DNA of 64,000 nucleotides from Chloroflexota bacterium (GCA_027623195.1 JAQBUT010000022.1:1-64000), one strand, 5' to 3'; counted from the first letter of the stretch, positions 1 through 10,920 are shown. Numbers and translations: made by a program. The notes: generated from the letters alone by a model not told the origin.

Positions 1-147
1 GGATTTGGATCCTTCGAGGTACGTCAGGTGAAGGCCAGGAAGGTACGCCCCATTAGGGGCGGTCAGGCTGGCAATTTGATAACAGTCCCAGCGCACAAGC
101 GTGTGGGATTCACAGCAGGGGCGGAGCTAAGCAAGGCCGCCAACTAG
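1..147 (+). CDS. hup: HU family DNA-binding protein, 3' part (5'-truncated by window; not in ORF track)
   Basis: Frame 1 reads GFGSFEVRQVKARKVRPIRGGQAGNLITVPAHKRVGFTAGAELSKAAN*, matching the HU/IHF GFGxF...F.AG..L C-terminal half. Confidence 0.85.
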   Translation, partial: GFGSFEVRQVKARKVRPIRGGQAGNLITVPAHKRVGFTAGAELSKAAN

Positions 148-172
148 ATCTCATGGGGATAATTGGTTTAAC

Positions 173-202
173 AAAAGGCGGGTCCATATGGCCCGCCTTT
201 TT
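173..202. terminator. Bidirectional intrinsic terminator
   Basis: AAAAGGCGGGTC-catat-GGCCCGCCTTTTT hairpin with A/T tracts on both sides, between convergent genes. Confidence 0.85.
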
Positions 203-270
203 ATTTGAGTCAATATAGAGAATGAAGTTGGGCCTAATTTTTCGAATCAGATGAAACGAATTAACAGGCG

Positions 271-2661
271 TTACACTCGATCCAGTACTTCGCGGACTTT
301 TTTGGTTAACGCGACAGGTGTTAGGGGTTTCTGAAGGAAAACAGTGCCTGCTTGGAGAACACCCTGATTGGAAATGGCGTTATCAGGATAACCTGAGGCG
401 AATATGACTTTTACGCTAGGGTAGGCGGCCACCAGACGTTCTGCCAATTCTTTACCGCCCATGCGGGGCATGACTACGTCTGTGAGGAGTAGGTCGATTC
501 CAGAGTCTGCCTGCTGTTCTGCCACGATGAGGGCTTCTTCGCCATTGGCGGCCTCAAGGACTGTGTATCCTTTCTCCTGCAGTATCTCCGAAGCAAACGC
601 TCGTACGGCACGCTCATCCTCAACCAGAAGTATCGTCTCGGATCCCGTTGGCATTACACTGGTTTCGTCGCCAATCCCTCCCCTTGCAATGGCATCGTCT
701 ACGCGGGGGAGGTACAAATGAAAGGTCGTGCCACGTCCAATTTCTGAGTCTACATCGATGTAGCCACCGTTCTGGGTGATGATTCCGTAGCATGTAGATA
801 GGCCTAGACCGGTGCCCTGTCCGACCTCTTTGGTAGTGTAGAAGGGTTCGAATATACGTGCCTTGATCTCTTCGGACATACCCGTGCCGTCGTCTCCCAC
901 AGAAATGCGAAGCCACCTCTGTCCGGATTCCGCCATTTCTGTGCGGGAATCGTTTTCGACATTACTGGTGCTGACAACGATTTTTCCACCATCCGGTAAG
1001 GCATCCCGAGCGTTCACGACCAGGTTTATTATGAGCTGGTCCACCTGCGTTGGGTCCGCCTTAATTAGACCCAGGTTTGGCGCCAAAGAGGTTTCCAATT
1101 CAATGTGCTCGCCTATTAGCCTCTTTAGCATTTTCTCCAGGTTGAGAACCATATCGTTGGTGTTGAGAATTTTGGGCTCGATGACCTGTTTGCGAGAGAA
1201 CGCCAACAGTTGATGTACCAGTCCGGCGGCCCTTTCAGCGGCTTCGTATATCTCCGATATACGATTATGTAACTGCTGATCCTCGTGATTTTTCTGTAAC
1301 TCCATCTGGGAGTAACCCATGATGGGCGTGAGCAAATTATTGAAATCGTGGGCCACGCCGCCCGCTAGTTGGCCAATCGCCTCCATCTTCTGGGCCTGTA
1401 CGATTTGCTCCTGGAGCCGCTTACGCTCCGAGTAAAGCTGGGAGTTGGCTATGGTCCCTGCGATTTGATTTGCAATCTGCTCAGTTAGCCGTACGTCTCT
1501 TTCAGAGAAGGCGTGAGCGGCCATGGACTTCAGGTGAAGGGCCCCTATTACTTCGGCCTTTGTGATCAGAGGCACGGTGAGGAAGGATCGCAAGCCACTT
1601 TCGACCTGAGGACGGAGACCAGGAAGACGTGACAAGATATCATTTAACTCTTCGTCCTGTATCAGCATGGTGCTACGATTTTGTAAAACAAGATCTGATA
1701 CTGTACCGGCAAGGGGCGCAGGCTCATTGAGACGTCGCCCGTCCACCTGCATACCGGCTACATAACGGTTGTAGCAGGTCCCGTTCTCCGCGTTCACCAG
1801 TGAGATGGCAATGCGGTCGAAATCTACCAGCCTTCCGATTTCTTTGGCGAAGGTGTCGTAAACGTCCTCGAGCTCTATGGACGAGCTCATGATTCGCCCG
1901 ATCTCCGCAAGGGTGGCGCTCTCGTTGGCCAAAACCTGAGCCTCATGCTCTTTGATGCGGCGTTCATGGGTTTCAGCTTTGAGAGCTCGGACGGTGCGGC
2001 CCAAAGACACCAGAGCGACCACACCCAGAACAGTTATCACGCCGCTAGCGACTAAGAGAAGGCGCTCGGAATTGTGTTGAAGGAGTAGGGACCTTCTGAA
2101 CACGCTGAAGAAACTCTGTTCCTCCCGGTCGTAGATTGTCTTCAATTCCCTGTCCAGCCTTGGTAACACTTCGTGCATCTGATCAGTCAAAGCTGGGAGC
2201 ATGCTAGGATCAGCGCTGCCCATATCGGCTAGGACCCGTCCGAAATCACCTAGAGCCGTGAAGTAGCCTGAGAAATGTTCCCTGGTCGTATGATTCGATT
2301 CCGCCTGTACGAAGTGGACGCGCAGTTGATTGGCCAGGAGCGCCCGCCTTAATTCCAGGTTATCAAGGACTATATTGGGCTCGTTGATGTATCGCTCGGT
2401 CTCGACACTTAGCAGGAGCGTCTCACGCTGAATATCAGCCAGACTCGTGGTGAGAAAGCTGGATGTCTCAAAGGTCTTGGTGTTCCTTGAACTCTGCAAA
2501 CTGGAAAGGACCGACATCGTAACCATTGTTAAGGCCAGCAAGCCGATCGTGATGACCATTGCCGTCTGTTTGGAGCTCAGGAACCCATTTTCCTGGTCGG
2601 TTTTCTCGGTTGTGATAGGTTCCGACCGTATATATTCATTTGGTAAGGCGTTTTCAGCCAT
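271..2661 (-). CDS. Membrane hybrid sensor histidine kinase (2 TM, GAF, HisKA, HATPase, receiver)
   Basis: H-box [13 protein letters not shown]-box [31 protein letters not shown]-terminal receiver LLVEDE...LLLTDVVMP...FLQKP. Confidence 0.93.
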   Translation of the reverse strand: MAENALPNEYIRSEPITTEKTDQENGFLSSKQTAMVITIGLLALTMVTMSVLSSLQSSRNTKTFETSSFLTTSLADIQRETLLLSVETERYINEPNIVLDNLELRRALLANQLRVHFVQAESNHTTREHFSGYFTALGDFGRVLADMGSADPSMLPALTDQMHEVLPRLDRELKTIYDREEQSFFSVFRRSLLLQHNSERLLLVASGVITVLGVVALVSLGRTVRALKAETHERRIKEHEAQVLANESATLAEIGRIMSSSIELEDVYDTFAKEIGRLVDFDRIAISLVNAENGTCYNRYVAGMQVDGRRLNEPAPLAGTVSDLVLQNRSTMLIQDEELNDILSRLPGLRPQVESGLRSFLTVPLITKAEVIGALHLKSMAAHAFSERDVRLTEQIANQIAGTIANSQLYSERKRLQEQIVQAQKMEAIGQLAGGVAHDFNNLLTPIMGYSQMELQKNHEDQQLHNRISEIYEAAERAAGLVHQLLAFSRKQVIEPKILNTNDMVLNLEKMLKRLIGEHIELETSLAPNLGLIKADPTQVDQLIINLVVNARDALPDGGKIVVSTSNVENDSRTEMAESGQRWLRISVGDDGTGMSEEIKARIFEPFYTTKEVGQGTGLGLSTCYGIITQNGGYIDVDSEIGRGTTFHLYLPRVDDAIARGGIGDETSVMPTGSETILLVEDERAVRAFASEILQEKGYTVLEAANGEEALIVAEQQADSGIDLLLTDVVMPRMGGKELAERLVAAYPSVKVIFASGYPDNAISNQGVLQAGTVFLQKPLTPVALTKKVREVLDRV

Positions 2662-2963
2662 TGGTCTTGTCCCGTATTTCCCTTCTCAGGCATCAGGTGC
2701 AGTTCAGGGAAGGCCTTATTACCTGTCCCTGTTCGGATTGCCGTTAATGGATATTGGAACGCACATAGCCCGCGATTAAGAAATCGTACCTTTCTTTCCT
2801 CCAAATAGAGGCAAAGGGGCCACCACAAAATGCACTAGTCTCGCATTAGGTTATTCGTGGGTGTATATACCTATAAATTAGGATTCGTTTAGAGGGTGGA
2901 CTTTTAGGGGGGCGGAAGAAAAGGGTCGAAGCGAAACGAGATTTTTAAACAATGGGACCGAAT

Positions 2964-3539
2964 TCACAAGACCTCGGAACGGCGAAAACAGCTCATTACA
3001 TGATCATTGACCATACCGACGGCCTGCATGTGGGCGTAGATGATTGTCGGTCCCACGAAATTGAACCCTCGGGTTTTCAAGTCCTTGCTCAACGCCTCTG
3101 ACGCCTGAGTGCTGGCGGGAATTTCTGCCATAGTCTGGAACTGATTCAATAGTGGTACGCCGTCTACAAAGGCCCAGCTATAGGAATCGAAGCTTCCGAA
3201 CTCCTCCTGAATATTTAAAAAGGCCATTGCGTTCTTCACGGCCGACCGAATTTTCAGCCTGTTACGGACTATGCCCTCGTTTGCCAGAAGCCGGGCAATA
3301 TCTCTTTCGCCATACTGTGCGACCTTTTCCGGATCGAAATCGTCGAAGGCTGCGCGATAGTTTTCTCGCTTTCGTAAGATGGTAATCCAGCTAAGGCCCG
3401 CCTGTGCGCCCTCCAGAATCAGAAACTCGAACAGTTTCTTGTCGTCGTGAACGGGGACGCCCCATTCGGAGTCGTGATAGGCCACGTAAAGAGGATCGGC
3501 CCCTGGCCAGTCGCAACGTATTTTTGAGTCTTCTGCCAC
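2964..3539 (-). CDS. tag: DNA-3-methyladenine glycosylase I
   Basis: RCDW, YHDSEWG, LEGAQAGLSWITIL, FVGPTIIYAHMQAVGMVNDH...C motifs. Confidence 0.95.
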   Translation of the reverse strand: MAEDSKIRCDWPGADPLYVAYHDSEWGVPVHDDKKLFEFLILEGAQAGLSWITILRKRENYRAAFDDFDPEKVAQYGERDIARLLANEGIVRNRLKIRSAVKNAMAFLNIQEEFGSFDSYSWAFVDGVPLLNQFQTMAEIPASTQASEALSKDLKTRGFNFVGPTIIYAHMQAVGMVNDHVMSCFRRSEVL

Positions 3540-3705
3540 TGTTTGCGCTCCTGTATATGGCTAGCCTGGACCGTTGATAAAAGGCAGTTTCATTCTACAG
3601 TTTTCCTAGTGTTTATGGCCTGTTGAAATGATATGCTACAGCGCAAAGAGGTTACCGCCATGCGGCAAGTGGCCCGGCGGAATACGAAGGGAGACCAGGG
3701 GTAAA

Positions 3706-4767
3706 GTGGATAAGGTCAGAATGGCCATTGTGGGCTGCGGAACTATATCTCAACTCAACGTTCCAGGCTATTTGCAACACCCCGACTGTGAGGTAGTGGC
3801 GCTGTGCGACCCCAACAGTGAGCGGGCCGCATACCGGGCCAAACAGTGGGGTATCTCTCCAAAGATATATACGGATTACGCCGACGTTCTAAACGACAGC
3901 CAGGTGGATGCAGTGGAACTGTTGACGCCTACTCATTTGCACCCGCAGCAGATTATCGACGGACTGAATGCCGGTAAGCACGTCTCCTGTCAGAAGCCCA
4001 TCTCCTCTACGGTTGCGGAGACTCTGCAAATAGCCGAGGCGGTGCGCAAGGCCAGGACCAAGTTTCGGGTTACCGAGAACTTTATCTTCTACCCTCCGAT
4101 TGTTAAAGCCAAGGAGCTTCTGGATAGCGGAGCCATAGGCGAGCCCAACATGGTGCGCATTAGGACCGTCCGGGCCAAACTGGCGGACTCTGCGTTTCAC
4201 GTCGGTGACGACGCCATGGAGTGGCGACGCGACCCTAGTCTACACGCCGGTGGAATGATGTATGACGACGGCTGGCACAAGTATGCCACAGCAATCTGGT
4301 GGATCGGCGAGATTGAAAAGATACAGGCCATCGTTACCAAGACGGACGACCACGTAGTGGAAGTGCCCAGCGTGGCGATGTGGAAGTTTAAGAACAGGGA
4401 TTGCCTGGGCGTTTTCGACTACTCTTCGTCGCCGGAGATGGAGATACGCGGGAAGTACTATTCTGGCGAAGAGTTCTTCGAAATCCAGGGGACCAAGGGC
4501 GCGATCTATGTGACCAGGTGCACCAGTGAGATGCTGGATATGCCGCCGGTGATACTGAATCGGGGAATAGAGACGACCAGCTACCAGGTGCCCATGGACT
4601 GGATCGAGGGCTTCTCTCGCTCTGCCGCGCACTTCGTGGAAAGCCTCATCAGGGACGAGCAGCCAATCATGGACATAGACTTTTCCAGTCACACGTTGCG
4701 GGTGGCGCTGGCGGTTTACGAGGCATCGCGCACCGAGCGGCCAGTAGAGCCGGATAGTCTTTCGTAA
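3706..4767 (+). CDS. Gfo/Idh/MocA family oxidoreductase
   Basis: IVGCGTI Rossmann motif, TPTHLH, GKHVSCQKP, GGMMYDDGWH; GTG start at 3706 chosen. Confidence 0.88.
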   Translation: MDKVRMAIVGCGTISQLNVPGYLQHPDCEVVALCDPNSERAAYRAKQWGISPKIYTDYADVLNDSQVDAVELLTPTHLHPQQIIDGLNAGKHVSCQKPISSTVAETLQIAEAVRKARTKFRVTENFIFYPPIVKAKELLDSGAIGEPNMVRIRTVRAKLADSAFHVGDDAMEWRRDPSLHAGGMMYDDGWHKYATAIWWIGEIEKIQAIVTKTDDHVVEVPSVAMWKFKNRDCLGVFDYSSSPEMEIRGKYYSGEEFFEIQGTKGAIYVTRCTSEMLDMPPVILNRGIETTSYQVPMDWIEGFSRSAAHFVESLIRDEQPIMDIDFSSHTLRVALAVYEASRTERPVEPDSLS

Positions 4768-4846
4768 AACAAACGCTCTTCATAAATTCATTCTGTAAGT
4801 GCTCAAGACCGAGCAGCAAGATTAAAACAGGGGGAAAATCCAAAAT

Positions 4847-5626
4847 ATGGTTAAGTTTGCTGCAAATCTAACGATGATGTTCAACGAGGTTGACTTTCTC
4901 GACCGTTTCGAGGCCGCGGCGAAGGCAGGCTTCAAGGGCGTGGAGTACCTTTTCCCGTACGACTGGGATAAGACGGCCATTGCCGATAAGCTGATGCAGC
5001 ATGGACTTACGCAGGTTCTTCACAACCTCCCAGCGGGCGACTGGGCCGCGGGCGAACGTGGAATTGCGTGCCATCCGGACAGGGTAGGGGAGTTTCAGGA
5101 CGGTGTGGACAAGGCGTTGGAGTATGCAACCACGTTGGACTGCAAACTCATCAACTGCTTGGCTGGCATACCTCCGGCAAACGTGAACCCGGACCTTGTG
5201 CAGGCTACGCTGATAAGCAACCTGACCTACGCTGCAACGAAAATGAAACGCGTTGGCATCAGCCTGCTGGTAGAGCCGATAAACCTACGAGACATTCCGG
5301 GGTTCTACCTTTTCCACACAAGCCAGGGCCGAGCCATCATCGAACAGGTACCCTCGGACAATGTGTTTCTACAGCACGACATCTACCACATGCAGATAAT
5401 GGAGGGCGACCTAATTCCTACGATGGAAAGCAACATGGATATAATCCGGCACATTCAATTGGCCGACAACCCTGGGCGTAATGAGCCGGGCACGGGGGAG
5501 ATCAACTATCCCCAGATATTCGCTTTCCTGGACAAGATAGGCTACAAGGGTTGGATTGGCTGTGAGTACAAGCCGCTGACCACTACGGAAGAAGGATTGG
5601 GCTGGATCAAGTCTTACCTTAGCTGA
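4847..5626 (+). CDS. hyi: Hydroxypyruvate isomerase
   Basis: KFAANLTMMF, GVEYLFPY, EPIN..DIPGF, DIYHMQIMEG, DNPGRNEPGTGEINY, GCEYKP. Confidence 0.92.
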   Translation: MVKFAANLTMMFNEVDFLDRFEAAAKAGFKGVEYLFPYDWDKTAIADKLMQHGLTQVLHNLPAGDWAAGERGIACHPDRVGEFQDGVDKALEYATTLDCKLINCLAGIPPANVNPDLVQATLISNLTYAATKMKRVGISLLVEPINLRDIPGFYLFHTSQGRAIIEQVPSDNVFLQHDIYHMQIMEGDLIPTMESNMDIIRHIQLADNPGRNEPGTGEINYPQIFAFLDKIGYKGWIGCEYKPLTTTEEGLGWIKSYLS

Positions 5627-5780
5627 GTACGAAACTTCCCGTCTTGTTTCGCTAGGCCTGCGTATTGGGTTAGCGGATTAGTCATGCGATTATGTAGTGC
5701 TAGACGGGGTTGGGTGGGGCATGGCCCAACCTTCGTATATGAAAGCGCTGGGAAGACCCCTGAAAATTGAGGTGGGCGCC

Positions 5781-8162
5781 ATGGCAGTCGAGCGATCGAA
5801 ACAGGTTGAACCACAACAGGACCACGACAATCTCCTTATGGAGATACAGGATCGGGCACTTTGGCTCGCCATCCAGATGATTCACCACGCCAACAACGTC
5901 CGACCCTCTACAGACGGCGGTAAGGTTGGTGGCCACCAGGCTTCCACCGCCTCAGTGGCCACAATAATGACGTCCCTGTTTTTTGATTACATGAAGGCAG
6001 GGGACAGAATTTCCGTCAAGCCACACGCCTCGCCCATCCTTCACTCTATACAGTACCTTCTTGGCAATCTAGACGAGGAATATCTCAAGACGCTGCGAGC
6101 CTTCCATGGTCTTCAGGCCTACCCCAGCCGCACGAAGGACCCCGATCCAGTGGATTTTTCCACCGGCTCAGTCGGGCTAGGTCCGGTAGCCCCCAATTTC
6201 GCGGCGCTGACCGAGGAGTACGTTCGGGCGCATACGTTTTCCAACGACAAGGATCGCAGCCGCTACATTAGCGTAGTGGGCGATGCCGAGTTGGACGAAG
6301 GTTCCATATGGGAGGCCATCGCCGAGCCCTCCATGGCGGACCTAAACAATGTGTTGTGGGTGGTTGATCTGAATCGCCAGAGCCTCGACCGGATCATACC
6401 GGGGATACGCGTGCGGTGCTGGCGCGAGATGTTCGCGGCAAACGGCTGGAACGTTATCGACGCCAAGTACGGCAAACGCCTTCAGGCGGCCTTCGCAGAG
6501 CCCAATGGCGAGCTGTTGCGAATGTCCATTGACGAGATGTCCAACGATGTCTACCAGCGATTGCTCCGGGTATCGCCGGAGTCGTTACGTGAGTGGCTGC
6601 CAAGCACCAGCCGTTACGCCAAGGACCTGGCCCGCTTTATCAGCCGTTGGGATGACCAGGAGTTGCAAGACCTGTTCCGCAATCTAGGCGGACACGACTT
6701 CGCCATGCTCAGAGAGGCCTTTGCCGCCGCTGACGCGAACCCTGGGCCAGACGTTGTATTTGCGTACACCCTCAAAGGCTGGATGCTTCCTTCAATAGGT
6801 GATCCTCAAAATCACTCGGTGACTTTGAACCGCGATCAGATGGAGCAGTTGCGCGCCGCGGTGGGGCTTTCCGAGGACGAGATATGGTCACGACTGGACC
6901 CACGCACACCGGCGGGGCAACTCTGCGCTGAGAAGGGCAGTATGTTCGGCTCCAGGCGCGACACTTCGCCGACGCTGCCTGACATCGCCATTCCACAGGA
7001 CCTGGAACAACGCTATAACGGGACAATGTCCACACAGCAGATTTTTGGGCTTGTCCTGACCGACATAAACAGGCGGTTGCCTGAGCTGTCGGACCGGATG
7101 ATCTCTGTCAGCCCCGATGTGGCCAGCTCCACCAATCTAGGCGGCTGGATTAACAAGGTTGGCGTATGGGCCACGGAAGAACGTGAGCCTATGCCTGAAG
7201 AGGGAGTCATTAGGGCACTCAACTGGCACGAGTCGCCACAGGGCCAGCATATAGAGTTGGGAATCTCCGAAAACAACCTGTTTATGATGCTGGGCCAATT
7301 GGGCCTGTCCTTTGAGGCTTTGGGTGAGTTACTTTTCCCCATTGGAACTCTGTACGATCCTTTCGTGCGCCGGGGCTTGGATGCCTTCATGTACAGCATA
7401 TATTCGGGTGCCAAGTTCATCGTAGTGGGGACGCCATCAGGGATAACGCTGTCTCCAGAAGGGGGAGCGCACCAGTCGCTGATTACGCCGTCCATTGGCG
7501 TCGAGATGCCTGACCTCTCCTATTACGAGCCCTGCTTCGGACCAGAGGTGGAGTGGATAATGCTGGACGCTTTGGAACAGATTCGCCAGCGCACTCACTC
7601 GACTTACTTGAGGCTAACCAGCAAGCGAGTCGACCAGAGCCTGTTCAAAACGCCATCGCAGCCAGGTGAGCGAGAGCGACTACGGCTGCAGGTTTTGGCA
7701 GGGGCCTACAGGCTAATCGACAGGAGTAACTCGGACGACTACTATCCGGGCGAGAATGTTGTCCACATCATGGCTAGCGGTGCTATGGTGCCAGAGGCCA
7801 TTACCGCCAGCGACAAGCTGATGGACGAGGGTATTCTTGCCAACGTCATCAACGTAACGGGTCCAGGGCCTCTATACAGGGCCTTCCAGGAGTCGATAAG
7901 ATCGGCAATCAAGACTGGAGGCGAAACGGACGGCTTCTTGTCTGACGTACTGCCGAAGTCGGGCCGCAAAACCCCCATTGTGACCATAGCGGATGCTCAC
8001 CCGCATTCTTTGGCCTGGATTGGCGGAGCATTAGGTTGCCCCGTGGTGCCGTTGGGCGTTAGCGACTTCGGTCAGTCGGGCAGCCGGGCAGACCTTTACC
8101 GGGAGTACGGTATAGACGTGGAGAGTATTACTGCCGCCTGCTTTGCCGCGCTGGAGATGTAG
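5781..8162 (+). CDS. AceE-like ThDP-dependent 2-oxoacid dehydrogenase E1 / transketolase-like protein
   Basis: GGHQAS, STGSVGLG, ThDP motif GDAELDEG...NRQSLD, ELGISENN, SPEGGAHQS, FGQSG; start after GAGGTG. Confidence 0.85.
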   Translation: MAVERSKQVEPQQDHDNLLMEIQDRALWLAIQMIHHANNVRPSTDGGKVGGHQASTASVATIMTSLFFDYMKAGDRISVKPHASPILHSIQYLLGNLDEEYLKTLRAFHGLQAYPSRTKDPDPVDFSTGSVGLGPVAPNFAALTEEYVRAHTFSNDKDRSRYISVVGDAELDEGSIWEAIAEPSMADLNNVLWVVDLNRQSLDRIIPGIRVRCWREMFAANGWNVIDAKYGKRLQAAFAEPNGELLRMSIDEMSNDVYQRLLRVSPESLREWLPSTSRYAKDLARFISRWDDQELQDLFRNLGGHDFAMLREAFAAADANPGPDVVFAYTLKGWMLPSIGDPQNHSVTLNRDQMEQLRAAVGLSEDEIWSRLDPRTPAGQLCAEKGSMFGSRRDTSPTLPDIAIPQDLEQRYNGTMSTQQIFGLVLTDINRRLPELSDRMISVSPDVASSTNLGGWINKVGVWATEEREPMPEEGVIRALNWHESPQGQHIELGISENNLFMMLGQLGLSFEALGELLFPIGTLYDPFVRRGLDAFMYSIYSGAKFIVVGTPSGITLSPEGGAHQSLITPSIGVEMPDLSYYEPCFGPEVEWIMLDALEQIRQRTHSTYLRLTSKRVDQSLFKTPSQPGERERLRLQVLAGAYRLIDRSNSDDYYPGENVVHIMASGAMVPEAITASDKLMDEGILANVINVTGPGPLYRAFQESIRSAIKTGGETDGFLSDVLPKSGRKTPIVTIADAHPHSLAWIGGALGCPVVPLGVSDFGQSGSRADLYREYGIDVESITAACFAALEM

Positions 8163-8354
8163 GTCTCTTAATCTAATTTCCAGCATATTCCCTTCTCCTC
8201 CTCTGCGCCCTGTTCCTAGCCCAAGTCTATTCGACACTTCGCGTATGTACACGCCTTTGGTGCAGGCGTCCGGATTCCTCTTCGACAGCGCTGCATATGC
8301 TAAACTAAGTGCCGAATTTCAGATATAAATCGGACGGGAACAGGAGATTTTGTT

Positions 8355-8774
8355 ATGACCAAGGTTCTGGTAATTCACGGCCGAGGCATGGAGCTTCGAG
8401 GTACCGTAGACCTGGATATATTCGGCCCGATGAAGCTGCCCGAATATGATGAAAACATCAGGAAGTATGCGTCTGAGCTTGGCGTGGAGGTTGAGATATT
8501 CCACTCCAATGAAGAGGACGAGGTCATCGCCAAGGTAAAGTCCGCAGACGTTGACGGCGCTCTAATCAATCCTGCTGGGTACACCACCAAGCACCCGGCG
8601 CTGGTTGAGGCCATTAAGGGAGCTGCCTACCCAACGCTGGAAGTACACATGTCCAATCCAGCCAGTCGCGGTCGCGTTTCCGAAGTTGCGCCTGCCTGTA
8701 AGGGCGTGATCACGGGTTTCGGTATACAGGGGTATTACTTGGGCCTCAAGGGCGTTCAAGGACTGGCAGGATAG
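8355..8774 (+). CDS. Type II 3-dehydroquinate dehydratase-like protein (divergent)
   Basis: FHSNEE, INPAGYT, EVHMSN, GVITGFGIQGY match AroQ fold; several catalytic residues are substituted. Confidence 0.8.
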   Translation: MTKVLVIHGRGMELRGTVDLDIFGPMKLPEYDENIRKYASELGVEVEIFHSNEEDEVIAKVKSADVDGALINPAGYTTKHPALVEAIKGAAYPTLEVHMSNPASRGRVSEVAPACKGVITGFGIQGYYLGLKGVQGLAG

Positions 8775-8880
8775 CGCAGGTTCATTCAATTAAAGGAATC
8801 CGCATCAGCCGCCACCGCATCGAAGGGATGTTAATTCTGTTTTTCCAATCGCCAAGGCGCGTGTTGGCCGTGGGAGATGC

Positions 8881-9486
8881 ATGGAATCGATAGCGGTCTT
8901 ACTGATGGCCTTTTTGCTGGGCAGCATGCCGACTGCATATCTGATGGGCCGCGCGCTGAAGGGAATCGACGTTCGGGAGGCCGGCAGCGGCAATTCGGGC
9001 GCGGTGAATGCCGGTCGTCAACTAGGCAAAGGCGTGGGCGTCCTTGTGCTGCTGATAGACGCCGGCAAAGGGATTCTAGCGATATTGATAGGACGGGCGT
9101 TGCAGGTTCCGATGCTTACACTTTACATCTCCGCCGTTCTGGTGGTAGCGGGACATAATTACTCGCCCTTTCTTGGATTCCGAGGCGGAAAAGGCGGCGC
9201 CACCGTGTTGGGACTATCCGCCCTAATGCTTTGGCAAATCACCGGGATAGCAATCGCGTTGGGAGCCATCATCTTTCTGGTCACGCGCCGCGCTGTGTGG
9301 GCTATGGCCGGTGTTTTCATGCTCCTGAACGCTCTGACGATTGCGACTGCTCAGGGGCCTGGGCTGATCATACTTTGCCTCCTTCTCTCCTTAATGGTGG
9401 CGGCAACCCATTTCTCCCGAAGGCGCGCCGACCTGTTGCCGGCCCTGAAAAGCGGAGACTGGCGGCGTATTATGAGCGCCGACTGA
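8881..9486 (+). CDS. plsY: Glycerol-3-phosphate acyltransferase PlsY
   Basis: LGSMP, GSGNSGAVNA, DAGKG, GHNYSPFLGFRGGKG. Confidence 0.88.
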   Translation: MESIAVLLMAFLLGSMPTAYLMGRALKGIDVREAGSGNSGAVNAGRQLGKGVGVLVLLIDAGKGILAILIGRALQVPMLTLYISAVLVVAGHNYSPFLGFRGGKGGATVLGLSALMLWQITGIAIALGAIIFLVTRRAVWAMAGVFMLLNALTIATAQGPGLIILCLLLSLMVAATHFSRRRADLLPALKSGDWRRIMSAD

Positions 9487-9658
9487 CTGCCGCGGGTTAG
9501 GCCCTAAATATGATCGAGTTGGACTGGCGAATCTTGGCTTCAAAATGTAGAATACTTGTCGAGGCGCTCTGGCCAATCCCCAAAGTCAGACTTCGACGCG
9601 CTGCTTCGGAGGCATCACCTATTTTGTACCTCTGATCAGGAGGATCGGCACCAACACC

Positions 9659-10372
9659 ATGCTAAATCTACGAAATCTACTAGTGTTAACCTTGGCCTTA
9701 GTGGCGTTGGGGTCCATCGCGTGTAGCTCAACGCCAGAGCCCGTGGTAATTCCCCGACCGCCAGAGGCTCCTGCACCCCAGACAATAGTTCCAACCGTGG
9801 CTCCGATACCATCCAAGGTTATGAGTTGGGACAGCCCGCCGGCGATGGAGATCGACGTTAACAAGAACTACACCGCCGAGTTTGAACTGGAAAAGGGCGG
9901 AAAGTTTACAGTTGAACTCTACGCCAAGGAAGCCCCGAACACCATTAACAGCTTCGTGTTCCTTTCCAGGCAAGGGTTTTATGATGGCGTTACGTTCCAC
10001 CGCGTACTCCAAGGCTTTATGGCGCAGGGGGGAGACCCTACGGGCACCGGCACCAGCGGTCCTGGGTACAATTTTGATAACGAAATTCATCCTAGCCGGC
10101 ATCACGACTCCCCAGGGATACTTTCCATGGCGAATCGCGGTGTCATAAACGAGCGGGGGACTAACGGCAGCCAGTTCTTCATAACCTTCGTGCCCACGCC
10201 TGCTCTGGACGGTCACGGCAAGGACTGCAGAATCCCTAGGACCTCGTGCCATACCGTATTTGGTAAGGTGATAGAAGGTATAGACGTGGTGAACAATATT
10301 TCTTTGCGAGATCCGGGGACGGCGACAAAGCCAGGGGATGCCATCAAAACCATAACGATTATTGAGAATTAA
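9659..10372 (+). CDS. Cyclophilin-type peptidyl-prolyl isomerase, predicted lipoprotein
   Basis: Signal peptide with LGSIAC lipobox, Pro-rich linker, FYDGVTFHRV, QGGDPTGTG, LSMAN, NGSQFFIT. Confidence 0.92.
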   Translation: MLNLRNLLVLTLALVALGSIACSSTPEPVVIPRPPEAPAPQTIVPTVAPIPSKVMSWDSPPAMEIDVNKNYTAEFELEKGGKFTVELYAKEAPNTINSFVFLSRQGFYDGVTFHRVLQGFMAQGGDPTGTGTSGPGYNFDNEIHPSRHHDSPGILSMANRGVINERGTNGSQFFITFVPTPALDGHGKDCRIPRTSCHTVFGKVIEGIDVVNNISLRDPGTATKPGDAIKTITIIEN

Positions 10373-10392
10373 TAGGTAGTACGGAGGAATTC

Positions 10393-10920
10393 GTGGCAAG
10401 CAAGCAGTACGATAGCCCGCCGGAGATGGCGATAGATCCTGATAAGAACTACACGGCCATAATGGAGTTGGAGAAAGGCGATTCCATCACCATTGACCTG
10501 TATGCGAAAGAAGCCCCGAACACGGTGAATAACTTCGTGTTCCTCGCAAGAGAGGGGTTTTATGACGGCGTGACCTTTCACAGGGTTATCCCAGGTTTCA
10601 TGGCCCAAGGCGGCGACCCAACGGGTACAGGTACGGGTGGACCAGGCTACCGTTTCGACGACGAATTTCACCCGAGCCGACGGCATGACTCGTCTGGAAT
10701 CCTTTCAATGGCCAATGCTGGTTCTCCCGGCGGTATGGGTACCAACGGCAGCCAATTCTTCATTACATTCGGTCCGACACCTCACCTAAATGACAAGCAC
10801 TCGGTGTTCGGAAAAGTGGTGGAGGGATTGGAAACAGTCCTGGGAATGACCACCAGGGACCCGATGACAGCAAGGTCTCCCGGCGACGCGATTAAGACCA
10901 TTCGAATAGAAGAGAGCTAG
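10393..10920 (+). CDS. Cyclophilin-type peptidyl-prolyl isomerase, cytoplasmic
   Basis: FYDGVTFHRVIPGFMAQGGDP, LSMANAG, NGSQFFIT, HSVFGKV; GGAGG RBS. Confidence 0.95.
   Translation: MASKQYDSPPEMAIDPDKNYTAIMELEKGDSITIDLYAKEAPNTVNNFVFLAREGFYDGVTFHRVIPGFMAQGGDPTGTGTGGPGYRFDDEFHPSRRHDSSGILSMANAGSPGGMGTNGSQFFITFGPTPHLNDKHSVFGKVVEGLETVLGMTTRDPMTARSPGDAIKTIRIEES

Noticed and set aside
2662..2963. Possible riboswitch upstream of the hybrid kinase
   Set aside because: No recognisable aptamer consensus or convincing stems
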